The notes under the pieces: generated by a model
Seen by the model: only the letters and a program-made list of their open reading frames with translations
Databases searched by the model: none
Told to the model about the DNA's origin: nothing
Shown: piece after piece, positions 1-15,000 of the stretch
How positions within the stretch are numbered: the stretch's first letter is position 1
Layout of the letters: every line of letters begins with the position of its first letter
Origin: Bugula neritina
Taxonomy: Eukaryota > Animalia > Bryozoa
Direction: 5' to 3'
DNA: 64,000 nucleotides
Assembly (NCBI GenBank): GCA_964035545.1
Contig: OZ037766.1
Coordinates: forward strand, 15,118,722-15,182,721
Translations under genes and position numbers: made by a program

Positions 1-3000
1 CAGGTTTTGTCTGACATCAATGAATGAGATGACGGCAGCCAGTGCAGGTACAAAAGCTCTCTCCAGAGCATCTTCTAAAGCATGCCTTGAAATACACAGG
101 AATAAAGAGTGAGACAAGAGAGCAATTTATGTAATTCATCAGATATCAACATAAGGGAACACAAAGAAACCTGTGGTTAGACATAAAAGCAACTATCAAC
201 TATATAATATCAATTTACAAACAGACAAACCTCAGTGTTTCTGATTGCTTCATGTTGCTAGCTTTTGCCGCATCCGACTTCACCCAGTGACCAGCATGGG
301 CCACGTACTGCTCCTGGTCCTCCAATAGCTTTTGAATGTGAGTGAGGAACACTAAGACAAACCCTGTAAGAAATGTGAAGGGGAGCTAAACACTGTGCTA
401 ATGTTGACCTACATACATTTCAGCTAAAATAGGTCTTAAAATTCAATACATGATTTTACTCGTATCTTAAAAGAAACTGTAAACTGCGCCACAACACTAC
501 AGTAGCTGCAAAGTAAAACTACTATACTCTATTAGACATATAGACAGCTGAGTAACTAGACAGGGGAGATGATCCAGTATTGTGATGGTCAACAAGTGAT
601 AGTCAGCAGGTAAAATATGACAGAGATGGCTGAAAAAAGAACATATAAAGGATGAAGCAGAGAAATTTAGCAGTGCAGCTCAGTTTATAATGATAAAATC
701 AAATGACATGCAGGTAGTTGATAATGCTAGCCTATTGGAAATAATATAGCCTACACTATACTAATGTAGTCTACACTATGCTAATGTAGTCTACACTATA
801 CTAATGTAGTCTACACTATGCTAATGTAGTCTACACTATGCTAATGTAGTCTACACTATGCTAATGTAGTCTACACTATGCTAATGTAGTCTACACTATG
901 CTAATGTAGTCTACACTATGCTAATGTAGTCTACACTATGCTAATGTAGTCTACACTATGCTAATGTAGTCTACACTATGCTAATGTAGTCTACACTATG
1001 CTAATGTAGTCTACACTATGCTAATGTAGTCTACACTATGCTAATGTAGTCTACACTATGCTAATGTAGTCTACACTATGCTCGTGTAGTCTACACTATG
1101 CTAATGTAGTCTACACTATGCTAATGTAGTCTACACTATGCTAATGTAGTCTACACTATGCTCGTGTAGTCTACACTATGCTAATGTAGTCTACACTATG
1201 CTAATGTAGTCTACACTATGCTAATGTAGTCTACACTATGCTAATGTAGTCTACACTATGCTAATGTAGTCTACACTATGCTAATGTAGTCTACACTATG
1301 CAGATGTAGGCTCAAAGTGAGATGGTCAGAATAGAGGAGAGTTTGACTTACGCTGATTAGTGTTGAGAAGGTCTCGCAGAGTACCGACTCTGTCGTATAT
1401 CTGTCCAGAGTTGATAACTGATACTGCAGCCGGCAGACATTGCATGATAAATTGGAGCGTGGATCCATTTGCTTCATCATTCTAAATAATTTTAATATTT
1501 GCTGATATTACAAAACAAAGAATTGTATGTGAATGTGTTTGTGAAGTGACCAGGAAAAGGTAAGGTACTATTGTACCTCACATAACAGTGCTACGTGCAG
1601 TGCTGTCTATAAGAGAATAGTATAGAGACTCAGCTATTGTATGTTGACAAGAAAATCTAAGAAAGGTCATCTGATAGGCACTGGGCATTTCTGTTGACCA
1701 ATAAAAATGTGGTCATTACCTCTGAGCTTTCTGATTGGTCAATCAATTGTTGTATAATTTGACTGGGTGTCAACTCCAAGCAGCTGTTAAGTGAAGGTAA
1801 CAGTATTTGTGGGGAGCGCGGGTCATCAATGTGCATACATTTCCACTTCCCACCTAAACCACAACAAAGCATTTTATTTCACTGCTTTACTTAGGAACAT
1901 TTTCTTACACACCAAACTGTCAAAGCACTGAAAATATTGACTTAGATCTAATTCATGTCTAAAATAATATTGAAATAAAAAGTATTACTTTTAATAAAAT
2001 AGGTCACAAATAACAGTTTATACAATATTCTTCTACAATAATTTATTATGTTGTGTACAAAGATATTTAATAAGAATATTAGGTAACACATGTATGCATA
2101 AAGTAATCTGCTAACACTAGAAGAAACAGCCTGTGTACCTTGATATCCAGTGAACTTGTGACCTCTGTGAAGGCTGAGTAGAAGCACGGTGAACGTGTTG
2201 ACACTTGCCCCGGAGCTTTCTCGCTGGATAATATATCGGACTGAGTCCAGCAGCTCAGTGTTTTCATCAGCCGCTTCACACTGAACTATGAGCAGTTTGG
2301 CTTTGGTGGAAGGCGTCGTGTAAAACCGTCTGCAAAATCACAACTAGAAGTTAGACATTGATGGGTTAGAATCAGCATTCACCTTTTAGCACTAATAATA
2401 AGCAATACAGTTTGCCACAGCTTCAGAGCAGTGGAGGTGAGAGAGAATAGCACGCTATTCACCAGCAGACAGGCACACTGCATCACTTCAGTTCGCATGT
2501 CATAAGTTTAGATACACAAACTGAATCAGATTAAATATAAAATATATCACAAATCCAAGAATTCATAAACATAGAAAATTAGAATCTATAAATGAGAAAC
2601 CTACCTGATATCTTCAGTAAATTGGTCTTCCTTCAAATAGTTTTTGAGAAAAACTCGGACTATATCTGTGGGGTGGCCGGAGAGGAGCAGGTTGTGACCC
2701 AGTCTCTCTTCATCCTCATCCACCATCAGCTCAGCGAATGAAGTCACCTGATTGCATGAGAGACAATTCGGATATGAAGGTTTGAGTCATGTTGCTATGA
2801 AATTTATTATCTTTTGAGTATTTTCCAACTTTAAGCCATTCAATAACAGTAAGTTTATAAAAACAACCAGGTTGTGTATAGCGAAATATTTGTTAAAATT
2901 AGGCATAATATATCGATTAATAAAACAGGCAGCTAAGTTATGGTTATGAAAAAAATTACACGTTAGCAACGGTTTGCTATAGAAGGTATTAACAGCTGTG

Positions 3001-6000
3001 ACAAACGAATTTTTGCAGCACTGAACTCCAAGTTAGAATTTGAAGAAAAGTAGATTCACATTTCTCAACACTCAGAGTGCTGACAACTCCAACTAACCTG
3101 TATGTAGACAGAACTATCAGATTCTGCTGACATGAGATGAGTGAGGTACTGCTGCAGCGTCTCATGGTATTGCTCAGTCATGTACATACTTTGTATCTTC
3201 TTAGCCTCAAATTCTAGCATCGTCTTGTCGAGACGTAGCACAGACTCTCCAGTAGCACATTGCAGTAGATGGAACTTGGCCTTTTCAAACACCTGAATAG
3301 TACGACCAACATAAACTAACAGTTGTTCAGCAAAATCAACATTCCGATTGAAAGAATGTGCTTGATGTTAATATTAATTTCACTTAGGAGCAATGGTAGA
3401 AAAATTTAGATAACCCAAGTTCTTCAACTTCTTTATTGAATTCTAGTTTGGATTGCAGGTTGAAATTCTCGCAAGAACATAACTCCTTTGCTACATTCTT
3501 AATCTAGAACACAGGCCTTTTGTAATTTCTCTATTATTGCACCTACCTCATTAATTTATTGTATAAACCTTGTTGAGACCTGTTAAAATTCAAAATATAA
3601 ACCCAAATAATTATAATATGAAGTACATGACAAGTTACCTGTTCCCAAAACTCCTCAACATCCCCGTCGACAGCCATGTCTTCCTCATCGCTAAGCTCGC
3701 TGTCGACAAGCATGCTCTGTTGTGTAAGGGGAGAGTCAGCAGTTCCCAGCCTACCACGACTCTTTATCTCATCTGTAGCCTGACGAATAGTCAGAGCTGT
3801 AGTTTCAGAGCTGTAGCCAATAAACGCCGTCTCTGTGGTTGACTTCTCAAAGTACTGCCTGTAAGGAACAACTTGGTCAGGTCTCATTCTACATACAGCA
3901 CTAATAGGACATAGTCTAAACTGAACCTTCACCTTCAATAAATAAGTACATCTGCACTTACTAACAGATAACTGCGAGATAAAAGTAGATACTGCTCAAG
4001 ACCCTAGCACTAAGTGAGTATAAAACAAGATCCATGGCCATAACCAGGCAGCAAAGCACTCCTAGAGAAGTTATACAAATGAAAGCTTACAATAACAAAA
4101 TGGAATTGCACAGCATACCTATTGATGAGAGCAGCTTTGTCAATATTCCACTCAAACTCGGGAGAGACGCGAGTTCGACAGGATGCGACAGGACACTCGC
4201 TAGCCATGTCTTGGCTAAACATCTTCTCCCGGCAGCATGGGCCGACGTAGTGCTGTAGACAGGGCAGCTTGTACGGCTGGTCCAGGGGCTCCCCACAGCC
4301 ATCACAGTCAAATGGGCACATGTTCATTCTATAATGTATAACGAATATATTACCTAATACAAATACAAAACCATCATATTGCATAGTACGTGTACTCAGG
4401 TTATAGCCAAGTGTAATCATAGCACATTCCATTTTAGCAAATATTTTTGGCTACAAACAAATACATAGCATTAGATGATTTAGTATTTCTTTAAAATAGT
4501 GTTATTATTTTTAAAATTCAAACTGTTTATAAGCTGGCAATTTATTTAAAGAAAAATACAACAGTATATTCACAAAATCGTGGCGTAGATTAGTGTATTT
4601 ACTGTAGTCTCCGCTGAGGAGTAACAAATTGATTCGCCCAATTCTCTATGCGCTCCTTCACAGTGTGCTGTTGTGTGTTGAGTAAGGAGGTGGCAGAGAT
4701 GTAGTGCTTCTCTAAACGGTTAATGAGAGGAATTGGGAACTGGGAATGTACTTTGTTCTTGTCGGCTATCACCACCAGTCTATTAGTAAATACCACAAAT
4801 GAACTCAAGTAAAGCAATTAAAATAATTGGCATGTTTAGTTGAATCTTTTATTATAATGCAACGATTAAACACATTTTAGAACCAAGTTTTTAAAAAGTG
4901 GTTTACTTGAAGACACATGAAGAAAATCTAAATTAAAATGGTATTTGAAGTATTTCGGCAGGATCTAAAAGAGTTTAAATTTAGACATTGCAGGTAGAAT
5001 AAAACCATAGCAAGTGCCCAGTTCGGCTACACTGTATATAAACATACATAACCGTTGTATATTCATTAAATACCAAAGTAATTATTTAAACTCAAAACTG
5101 GTAAGATGTAAAACTTTACCATGATACGTAGAAGTAAAGTCGATTATCTAAAACAGCACATGGTAACTTAAGTTAAAATTCAATAATCATTATGACTAAT
5201 TTCAGTTAAAATACTCACCTAAAGTTGTCATCAACGAAAGCTTTCACTCTGTGAGTACCAAGTCCAAGATCTACAAACTTTCTGTCACCCCAAGTAGAGA
5301 AGTACTGGTTGAGGGCGTCATATAGACTCTCGTACAGATCATCAAGATTGAGTAGGATCACAGGTTTACCCATGTCCATGCATGTCTTTATTCTGTAGAT
5401 GTTGTGACAAATCTGAAACACAAGGTTTATATTCAAATGCATGACTGAGCGAAAAACATAAACTTTTTAATGTCAAGAAAATAATTTCAGACATCAGTTG
5501 AAATGAAATATTCTGATAGAAGATGTTTCATTTCACATACGTATGAATTACCTGAGTATATGACAAGTCATCTCTAAACTTGCTGCCAAACACGACCTCT
5601 GGCTGCTGGTTGTGAGTTGAGAACTCATCCATTATGATACTGAGGACACTGAGATTCTCTGTCAGAATCAGCAGATATCTGCTCTCCAGGCTGAACATAT
5701 AGATTGTAGCAATTAGTACAAAAGTGAAGAGGTCAATATATTTGAATATGGAAGGGTGGACACACGAAATGTAATAAACAATCAGAAATATCTTTATATA
5801 TACCCATGTTGATATGCAGCACTTTAACCCTACATATTTTAAAATTGGCTCAAGACTGACCCTTTAAGAGCTGTATCTTCGCCAGAAAGACTCGACTTGA
5901 TGAGCCCCAAAGAATTGATAGGAGGCTTTCCATCCGGGCTGTCTGGTAATCTTTCCATAGAAGCACCGCAGTGTTGTCTGAATATGGTCATAGGGTCAAA

Positions 6001-9000
6001 CAGGTTAGAATCAAAACCTCCGAAATTCCTCTTAATGCTGTGTTCCAGCTGATTCTTGTTGAGTGGGCCGGCCTTGGTAGCAAAGCTGATCACCATCTTC
6101 ATCAAGCTGCACATGAACACCATAATACACAGCAATGACACATGTTGATACTATGCAACGAAAAGAGAGAATAAAACAACTAATAAGGCTGGCTTGAGAA
6201 CAAACCTGTAGAAATCTCGTAGGCCAAAGAACTCAGTTAGATCCCGAGCTAACGGCTTTTGGGCAGCACATATGTCAAGGTAGCCTCGAGCCAGCTGCGA
6301 GATGAAGTCACTTTGAACCACACCGAGTCTGGGTCTAATGACTGAGCCAGCAGCACTGGGTCGACAGATCTCTCTGTAAACAGCAGCAAACTAAATAACT
6401 CAGGATAAAAAAGCTGCTGGAGATATCGTTGCTATATTCACCATATATTTTATTTCATGCATAGAATATAGATATAGACACATGTACACATAGTATATAC
6501 GGACCAAAGTTTTTTCTTACTAAGTGAAATATTTTATGAAAGATCCTTTGGTCTTACAATCTAAAGAATTACCATAAACGTTTTTCCAAGTTGGTGAAAC
6601 AAAATTTGAAAAATTCAAATATTCAAGAGTGGTTATATCATGACTCTTTTTACAAATATCCAGTTGATTGCAGTTGCAATAAAAAACATAGATAATAATA
6701 CGATTCTCTTAATATTTAATTCCTATTTAAATCCAACTTATCTTATCTTAATCTATTTTTGTCCTCATCAAGCGTAGAGCTGGGGGTAACCTACTATAAT
6801 TTTACTTTTTTTTTTGAGGTCTTATTAATATTGCAAGATAATGAAAATTTAGATAATATAGAAAAAAGCGTTGCCAGCTATTGTCGCAACTAGATTGCCC
6901 TTACATATAAATGATTTCAATTGCATAGTATAAAAACATAAAAAGAACGTGTTGGGTGTGTTAGATATAAATTGTGTTGAAAAAACCACAAAGTAAGTAC
7001 TGCAGTACAAAATACAATCACAGAATTAATGGTTTATGATTTAATGTCAACCCAAGCAATTCAATCATTCACATGAGGTTGCTATGGCTTCCTTTAGCTA
7101 TAACTTGCAGATATAATATATTGCGTTTCAAAAGGGAATAGTAACAAACCCTGCAATATCCTGCAGCTCACGATCTTGAGGAGTTCCTCTCTGGACAAAT
7201 ATGCCACGGTTCATCTTGGCTGGATCCAGTGCCCAGTTAGAGATGCCAACAAAAGCACACTTCATGTATGGTTCTGGTGTAACACTACTGTCTTCACAAC
7301 CATCTTCTAGCAGAGGGTGTAGAGTCTATCAAAATATTAAGATTATTGTGAACAATGGCCAATATTTAATCTTGTTCTAAATGTTTGCCATCATTATGGA
7401 TAAGAATGAATAAGATATACCACCTAAATTATAATAGTATAGCCTACATATTTTACATAACATAAGCATTAATATTATATATATATCTATTATATGAACT
7501 AAAGTAGGACGAAAAATCATGTTACAAAATCTGGTTTACAAAATGCAAATGATTAGAAAAGTCAACATAGAAACTTATGTAAGGGCAATCAATAAAAATG
7601 GTGATCATCTCGCTTTCAAACGATGACATAACTTCATCACAGCCTACCTTAAGAGGCATGTTTTCAGAATCTTCAGCCAATCCGACTTCATCAAGTACCA
7701 CAACTGAGACGAATGTGTCTAGATCCTGCCCCTTCTGAAACTTGGCACAGTGTTTGAAGACTCCAGCTATTCCAGCTGGTGTAGCGTGTCTGCTGCACTG
7801 GAAGGCTGACATGTAAGACTAAAAAATACAATCAGTAAAATAAGTAAAATATCTAAAAAGAAGCCGCATAATACCCATATTCTGATAACTGTCAATACAA
7901 ATTTATGACCAGATTCAATTAAAGCATTATAAGAAACGATTTAAATATCACAATTTTACAGAAACAGAAAATATTATAGCACCACATATAAAAACCTCCA
8001 TCGAGAAAATTTAGTGTATAAGTACAACACAAAATATAAAACATACAGGGTTGGATGCATCTTACCCGTTTTAATCTTTTGAATAGATCATGCTTAGAAG
8101 ATGGTCCTTTCATTGCGTCCACAACCATAGCTTTGGACAGAGATTTAGAGCTGCCAGGTTTTCCAACCAGGAAAAGAGGAATTCTATTCTCAATGCAGAC
8201 AATCATCATGAAGACATTTTCTTTCAGAGCTTTGTTCTTGGCAATGTTCTTGTGTACGCTGTTGTCGACGACAGCATCGATGAACACATCCTGGCATCTG
8301 AAAACAGACTCCATAACCTTACTTATAGGACAGCACATGAATGAGTGATTTCATTGTAAAGTGCAGGCTATTGAAATCATACTTGGAAGTTCTTATAAAA
8401 TTTATAAATATAAGCTATTAGAAATAAGTGCCATTCACATTATTAGAGTGATATGCTGAACTCACTAATTGCTCTTAGGAAATAACAATAAAACACTCCC
8501 TCTAGTCACAAGCGATGACAAACTAAAACTTCACAGCTGAATGAGAAACTTCTACTGTCAAACCTATCACAGTCTGCTGCTTTCAGCAGTAAATAGTTAT
8601 GAACTAACATTTCAATCTCGTCCATCACGTATCGGGCGGGGTCCGGTGCTGCCCACCGAATCCCCATCATTTCCTGTATGGCTTCTCTGATCGCCTCAGC
8701 ATATCTCCTTCTAGTGTTCTCCTCCAGCCTAGCAAAGTAACAGACACCTAGGGCCAGCACCATGCTCCTTACCGCATAGTTCCTCTACAAGTATTTGATG
8801 GTCAGTAAAATAAAACATGAATACTTGAGAGTGTACTTGTCTACTCAAGTACACTGTTGTATATTTGAGTATACAACATACTTGCAAGAAGGTCAAATTT
8901 ATAGCTTGGTTTATTTATGTAGTTATACTTCTACGTAAATTAGCTAATATAACAATGAACTAATCACAACTAGCCAAGATGTTGAGTAAAGCATGGCTAA

Positions 9001-12000
9001 TGATTAAACTAACCATAGCAAGTAGAGAAATAATAAAGACCATAATAATTTATGCAAAAATTCAATACGTAAAATTTCCAAAATAAAATGAAACATTTTG
9101 ATATTAGCTCATAGCCGAAAGAGCAAACAACGCTATCTTTTTCATGTCACACCTTCATTTTCTCAAGCCTGTCTTCCCGCTCTTGTTGAGCAGCAAGTAG
9201 CTCTTCTTCGTCCAGGTCTCCCCCATCTGGGACTTCCATAGCCAGTCCAGTCGCACGCTTGTCATGCAAATCATCCATAGCAGCAAATAGATGATCCCGC
9301 TGACTGTAGAACCACCTTGACACCTCTAGCACTCTCTGTATGTCTCTCAGGCTCACAAAACTACATTCATCCTGCGTGAAATTCAACATCACTTGTCAAT
9401 ACTTCAAACGCCATAACTTGTATGTGTTATAGTAGACAATGCACTTCTATACGATGTAGGTACTGCAATTATACGTTGGCAGTACAAGTTGATCCTTCTG
9501 AATGATGAACACCTGTTAGATGAACAGAATTGGCTTGGTGCTGGATCTAAACAGTTATTAAAGTTATTAAACTAACTTTAGAGCAATACTTTCAATAAGA
9601 ATTTTTATATGAAATTAAAATTCCTATTTTGTATTGTTCGTAAGCAAAACATGTTGTGAGGTGTGTTTAAATTTTCGAAAATAAATATCAAGAGATGCAC
9701 GATTTTACCTTCTGCTGTCTCATGAAAGACTGGGTTATGTTGAGAACAATGGCTACTCTTGAGGTGAGGAAACCAAAATTTAGTCCGCCATTTTTTCTGC
9801 CATTACAGTTCTAGAACAATAGTTGATGTGTCTATTACATAATGATATATCAAATAGCTATATAGCATCATCATTGAATAGGTTTAAAAGGCATTATTCA
9901 ATCATATAATGTGTGCAATAAAGTTAGTTGTAATGTCAACATTTGGTAAAATATAAAAAGTGCATCATGCAAGCACAATACTCAGCTTACAAATTTCACA
10001 ATCATTCTTTGGATATAAATGAGTTCCACACTAGAACCAGGTCTGTGTTCCTCAACTGTCCGTATTGGGCCAGAGTCAAGAGTACCAAAGTCCCAGACCA
10101 GAGGAAGTAAACTCTGGGGAAGAGCCTGAACTCTGTACACCAGATGTCTCATCGGTATCTGACCTACAATACAGTTCAGTGAGAGTGAGGAATCAATCAT
10201 CCAACCCCACTAATGACTGACAGAAAACATCATGTGACAAATTTTAGATTGATATACCAAATTTGTCTTTTGTGTCCTCCTGGCTAACATTGTAACCCAG
10301 TCCAGCTCTCTTAAGCTTCTCAATCATATCAGGTGTGTGTCTAAGAGAGATAGTAAGAAATGTCAACAATATATTCAGATTATAACCTGAGAGATAGATG
10401 AGCACACAAACCCATACATAAGAAACCAGATAGGAACCATTATGTTTTAACATTATAACTGAATTCTCACATACTGGATGGGAAAGCCAAATAAGCTTAT
10501 GAAAAAATTAGGAACAACAGGTTGCAGGAAACATGTGAATGGGTAGGTCATAGAAAATGTGAATGAGTTGTATTTCCAAACAATAAAGCATACCTTCTGT
10601 AAGGGTTGCAAGCTGCTATGATCTTTAGTCCAGATGTTTTGTCTAGAGGTCTTCCTCTCATTCTACCATCACAGAGTATCTCTTTGACTAAACCAATAGC
10701 TTCTGTAGTGTTGGCCTCATCAAGGAACAATATTGTGTAGACAGAAGGTACCTGTAAAGTGTTAAACAATTTCTGTCATGCTCTTTGTAAAACTAGAGTA
10801 GTTTCATAACTTTACGAGTTTATATTACAAACATAGTTAGACAAATTGTGAGACCCATCATGAAGCACAAGACAAAAACCAGCCCAACTTTGCTTAGACT
10901 ATATTAGCTAATGATTGAAAACATATTTGTTATCAAGAAAAACCGCTTAACCAAAACACACATCAACTTACTCGCTCGGACTTAAAACTAGCAGCGTAAT
11001 CTTGGCAAATCTGCTGATTCTGAAGAGCCAGTTGCTGACCTTCTTCAACTTTCCTGATAATATCTTCTTCAGTTGTTCCACCATGAATCTGCAAAACATA
11101 AGCATACGTTTAGCAGTACCATTATAATACACCATAAAAGCCGAATCAATAACAGATAATAGTTGGATAAAAACAATCATGACACAAACCTTCACAATAA
11201 TCATGGTTTCAATTTCTTCCTTCAGAGCAGTTGGTACTTGTAACTTAGACATGAACTCTATAAGCTTAGTTTTACCACAACCAGTCTCTCCCATGATTAT
11301 CACAGGAATATCAACTCTGTGCGAGTATAGATAAAGAATAAATAAGAAAACTCCGTAATAACTGAATGATATCAACTTTGTAAGGATAAAAGCAAAACAT
11401 TATACTGTCACAAAGATATTTATTCATATACTCTGGAAACTACTTTGCCATAATATTTCAGATGTTCTGGTTAAGTAACATTTACTAAGAAAGATTGATG
11501 TCTAGCTAAAATCTTATCTCAGTATATGATGTATGACTAATATCTTAACTCAGTATCAGATGTATTACTAATATCTTATCTCAGTATCTGATGTATGACT
11601 AATATCTTATCTCAGTATCTAATGTATGACTAATATCTTATCTTAGTATATGATGTATGACTAATATTTTACCTCAATCTCTGATGTATGGCCAGTATTT
11701 TCTTAGCATTGTCCATTGTGAGTACATAATCAGAATCGGGGTCATCATCACCCCGAAAGAGTGGCTCCTCATTATACAAAGTTTTACTTCCTGGTCTCTC
11801 AATCGCGTGGAACATAGAGAAATTTACAGTAACAACATCCCGTAGCTTTTGTAACTGCTTGGTACTACAAAAAACATAAACACACTTTATATTCAGCATT
11901 ATTAAAATACATAAGTATGATTTCTTCATCAACACCAACTGTTGAAATTGTAAGAATTTCGACTTCTCTTACATTTATACCGATAAAATCAAGATATGCC

Positions 12001-15000
12001 ATGTGATAAACAAAGTGGCTCAAAACATGAGTTTGCTAGAATTATATTTCTACATAACAGAAAACAGCAACATGCTGTTCAACATGGAGATAATGGAATT
12101 TTTTTTAATTTGTTAGAGGTAATACTGGAGATTTCATGAGAAATAGTTACCGAGGAAGACCATTGAAGTTTTCTGTCAATGAGAGGTGATGTTGCTCGAG
12201 CGCCATTTTCAGTTCCCTGCTGATGCAATCTGGTATTAGAACTTCTTCAGTTGTACTGTCTAAAAGACTGTAGGATCTTTTGACTGTAGATAACAAAAGA
12301 AATTGTTCCGAGTAACCACACTGGGCGCTTAAATACATTGCTGTGGGTGTTGACCCATCTAATCTAAAACATTACTGTGAATAAAAAAAAGAATTTTTAT
12401 CTCTTTTGTTTGATACAATGTAATAGCTCTAAACTTTATGCCATAAAGTTTATGGCCAATCAGATTTAATTGTGGAACTGAACTAAATCATTTGGCATTT
12501 TCAATAATTTTCAACAAAACAACGAATTATCAATATGAGTAATCAGTTAGTATAGCATCTTTATGACAGACTATTTTAAAGAATCATAAGTATTGGAGAA
12601 AGAAACATTACGTTTTTTATCTTCAATGAAGAAGCCAAGAGGCGTAAGAGTCATCCCATCTTCATTAAAGAAAAGATATGGATGGTTAGCACTTTCCCAA
12701 GTTCTCTTCATACCAAGTTTATCCAACATTTCTGAACCATCATCTTCCTGCTCAGTTACCTTGTTTAGAATTGAGCAAAATGAACAAATGCGAACATCTG
12801 ACAAGAATTTGGATTATCAATTTGAAAGATTCAACAATAATTTGTTCATATTCTTATAGCCAGATAGCTAAAACAAAACAGTGTGAAGACAAATACTACA
12901 CGGATTGGATTTCAGCTAGTATTTTGCTAGATGTATCAAACTGGCACTAATAAACACTCACTTGGCAAAGAGAAGTGCCTGGCGTCTCTTCAGCAATCTT
13001 CAAGGACCTCGTAGCAAAATCCTATTCATAAAATGAAAGCAATAAGAACACATCATTCAAATAATATTATACACGTGCATGTGTAGAAATGTATATTAAT
13101 GCTGTGATTAAAAACATAATTTTCACTAAAGTAAAAATAATATTTTGTGTAGTCATTAAACAAAGTTGACGGAAAATAAAAACAATTAAGTATAATATCG
13201 CCAAATGTAGCATTGAATAGAAAATTACTGAATACCCTATTTGAAACAAAATGTCTCTACTTTTTTTCGAAGTTGTCTTTATAGGATTGAGTAATTTGCC
13301 AACATCTAACTAATACATTTGAATTTTGATGATCCCAACATTTCATGATAACTTGATAGGTCTCAGTGATGCAATATATATATAAAGATAACATATAATA
13401 AATACTTCTAAAGTAATATATTAAATATAACATATAATAAATACTTCTAAAGTAATATATAAAGATAACATATAATAAATACTTCTAAAGTAATATATAA
13501 ATATAACATATAATAAATACTTCTAAAGTAATATATAAAGATAACATATAATGAATACTTCTAAAGTAATATATAAATATAACATATAATAAATACTTCT
13601 AAAGTAATATATAAAGATAACATATAATGAATACTTCTAAAGTAATATATAAAGATGACATATAATAAATACTTCTAAATTAATATATAAAAGACACTTG
13701 ACTGACCTTGGCCATTCTGAACATGAACTGGACAACAAAATTTTTAAACCCAGGCAAATCTTCGGCAGTGCCTGCACTGCAAAAGGGAGATTTTTCAACT
13801 TTGAATAGCTGATTACTGAGGAAATAGACATAGTGTCTCAGTTCACTCCAAGTCGGGTCTTTAAGGCCACAGTTCCTATAATGAGACAGAATATGGAAAG
13901 AATTAATCTGAGTATACTTTACTTAACAGTGGATATATAAGTTCAATTAGATCATAGCAACAACATAGCAAACACTACAGGCTAGTAAAAAGTGTGAGCA
14001 TACTGAATTAGTAAGACAAGTGCGTCTTTAGGGGAGAATGTTTTGTCTCTCATCAATTCATCCATAATGCTAGAGTGCCGCAGCAAGTCATCTTGAATAC
14101 TCAGATATTTTAGCACTGTTTGCCATTCCTTTTGCTCAAGCACTTTAGGATCAAAGCCAATGAAGTCCACTGAAATAAGAATAAAAAATATAACATCGAG
14201 ACACCTGTGCACAATGACACCAGAACACCATGCCACAAGCACATTGTGACACCAGCACATCATGCCACAAGCACTTGGTGACAAAAAGTGAAACTGGAAT
14301 TTAGTTGATAAGCATTTGTGAGACTGAAGCGGCACTTGAACAGATAGTGAATGATGACTACACAATTGAAAGGCATAAACTTAAAATTCATTTGTCTGCT
14401 CGGAACTTGATTTTTCACTAGAATAAGGTTTTTCTATCTAGCTACTAAAGAATAGACACTGTCATTAAGTCAATAGTGATACATTACTCAAAACTGAACA
14501 ACTTTTGTATTGTTATATTTGCAGCTTTTAGAATATCATATGGCGATTCACATACTTTTAGATGTTCCATTCCACTGGTTGTATCTGGCCACCACTTCTT
14601 CTGGTGTGATACACATGATGGAGGGCAGTAGATCTAGTACTTCATGCACACATGACTTGTCCTGTGGTAAACACAATGTTAGTCATGGTATCAGTTTCTA
14701 GTGCCATAGCACACTGGATTTACACTTGAGGACTACGCTACTGTGTAACTATATTATAACTTACAGTGGTGATACACCATAGGAGCAGTTATTTATAATA
14801 CAGAATATTTTATATAAATACAGCTTCCTGCAACCTAGATAGCATACACTAATTGCAGGACAAAAAATATGAATTCAAGAGTCTGAATAACTAGATAAAT
14901 ACCACAGTGACCCCATAAACAAAATTAAATTATAGGGTTAAAAAATAAAACAATATTTATATGATGGTTATAGGCAAATAATAAAGTTGTCAAACTATTG

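Noticed and set aside
751-1300. CRISPR-like appearance of the tandem arrays
   Set aside because: No unique spacers, no cas genes, and a eukaryotic intron context.
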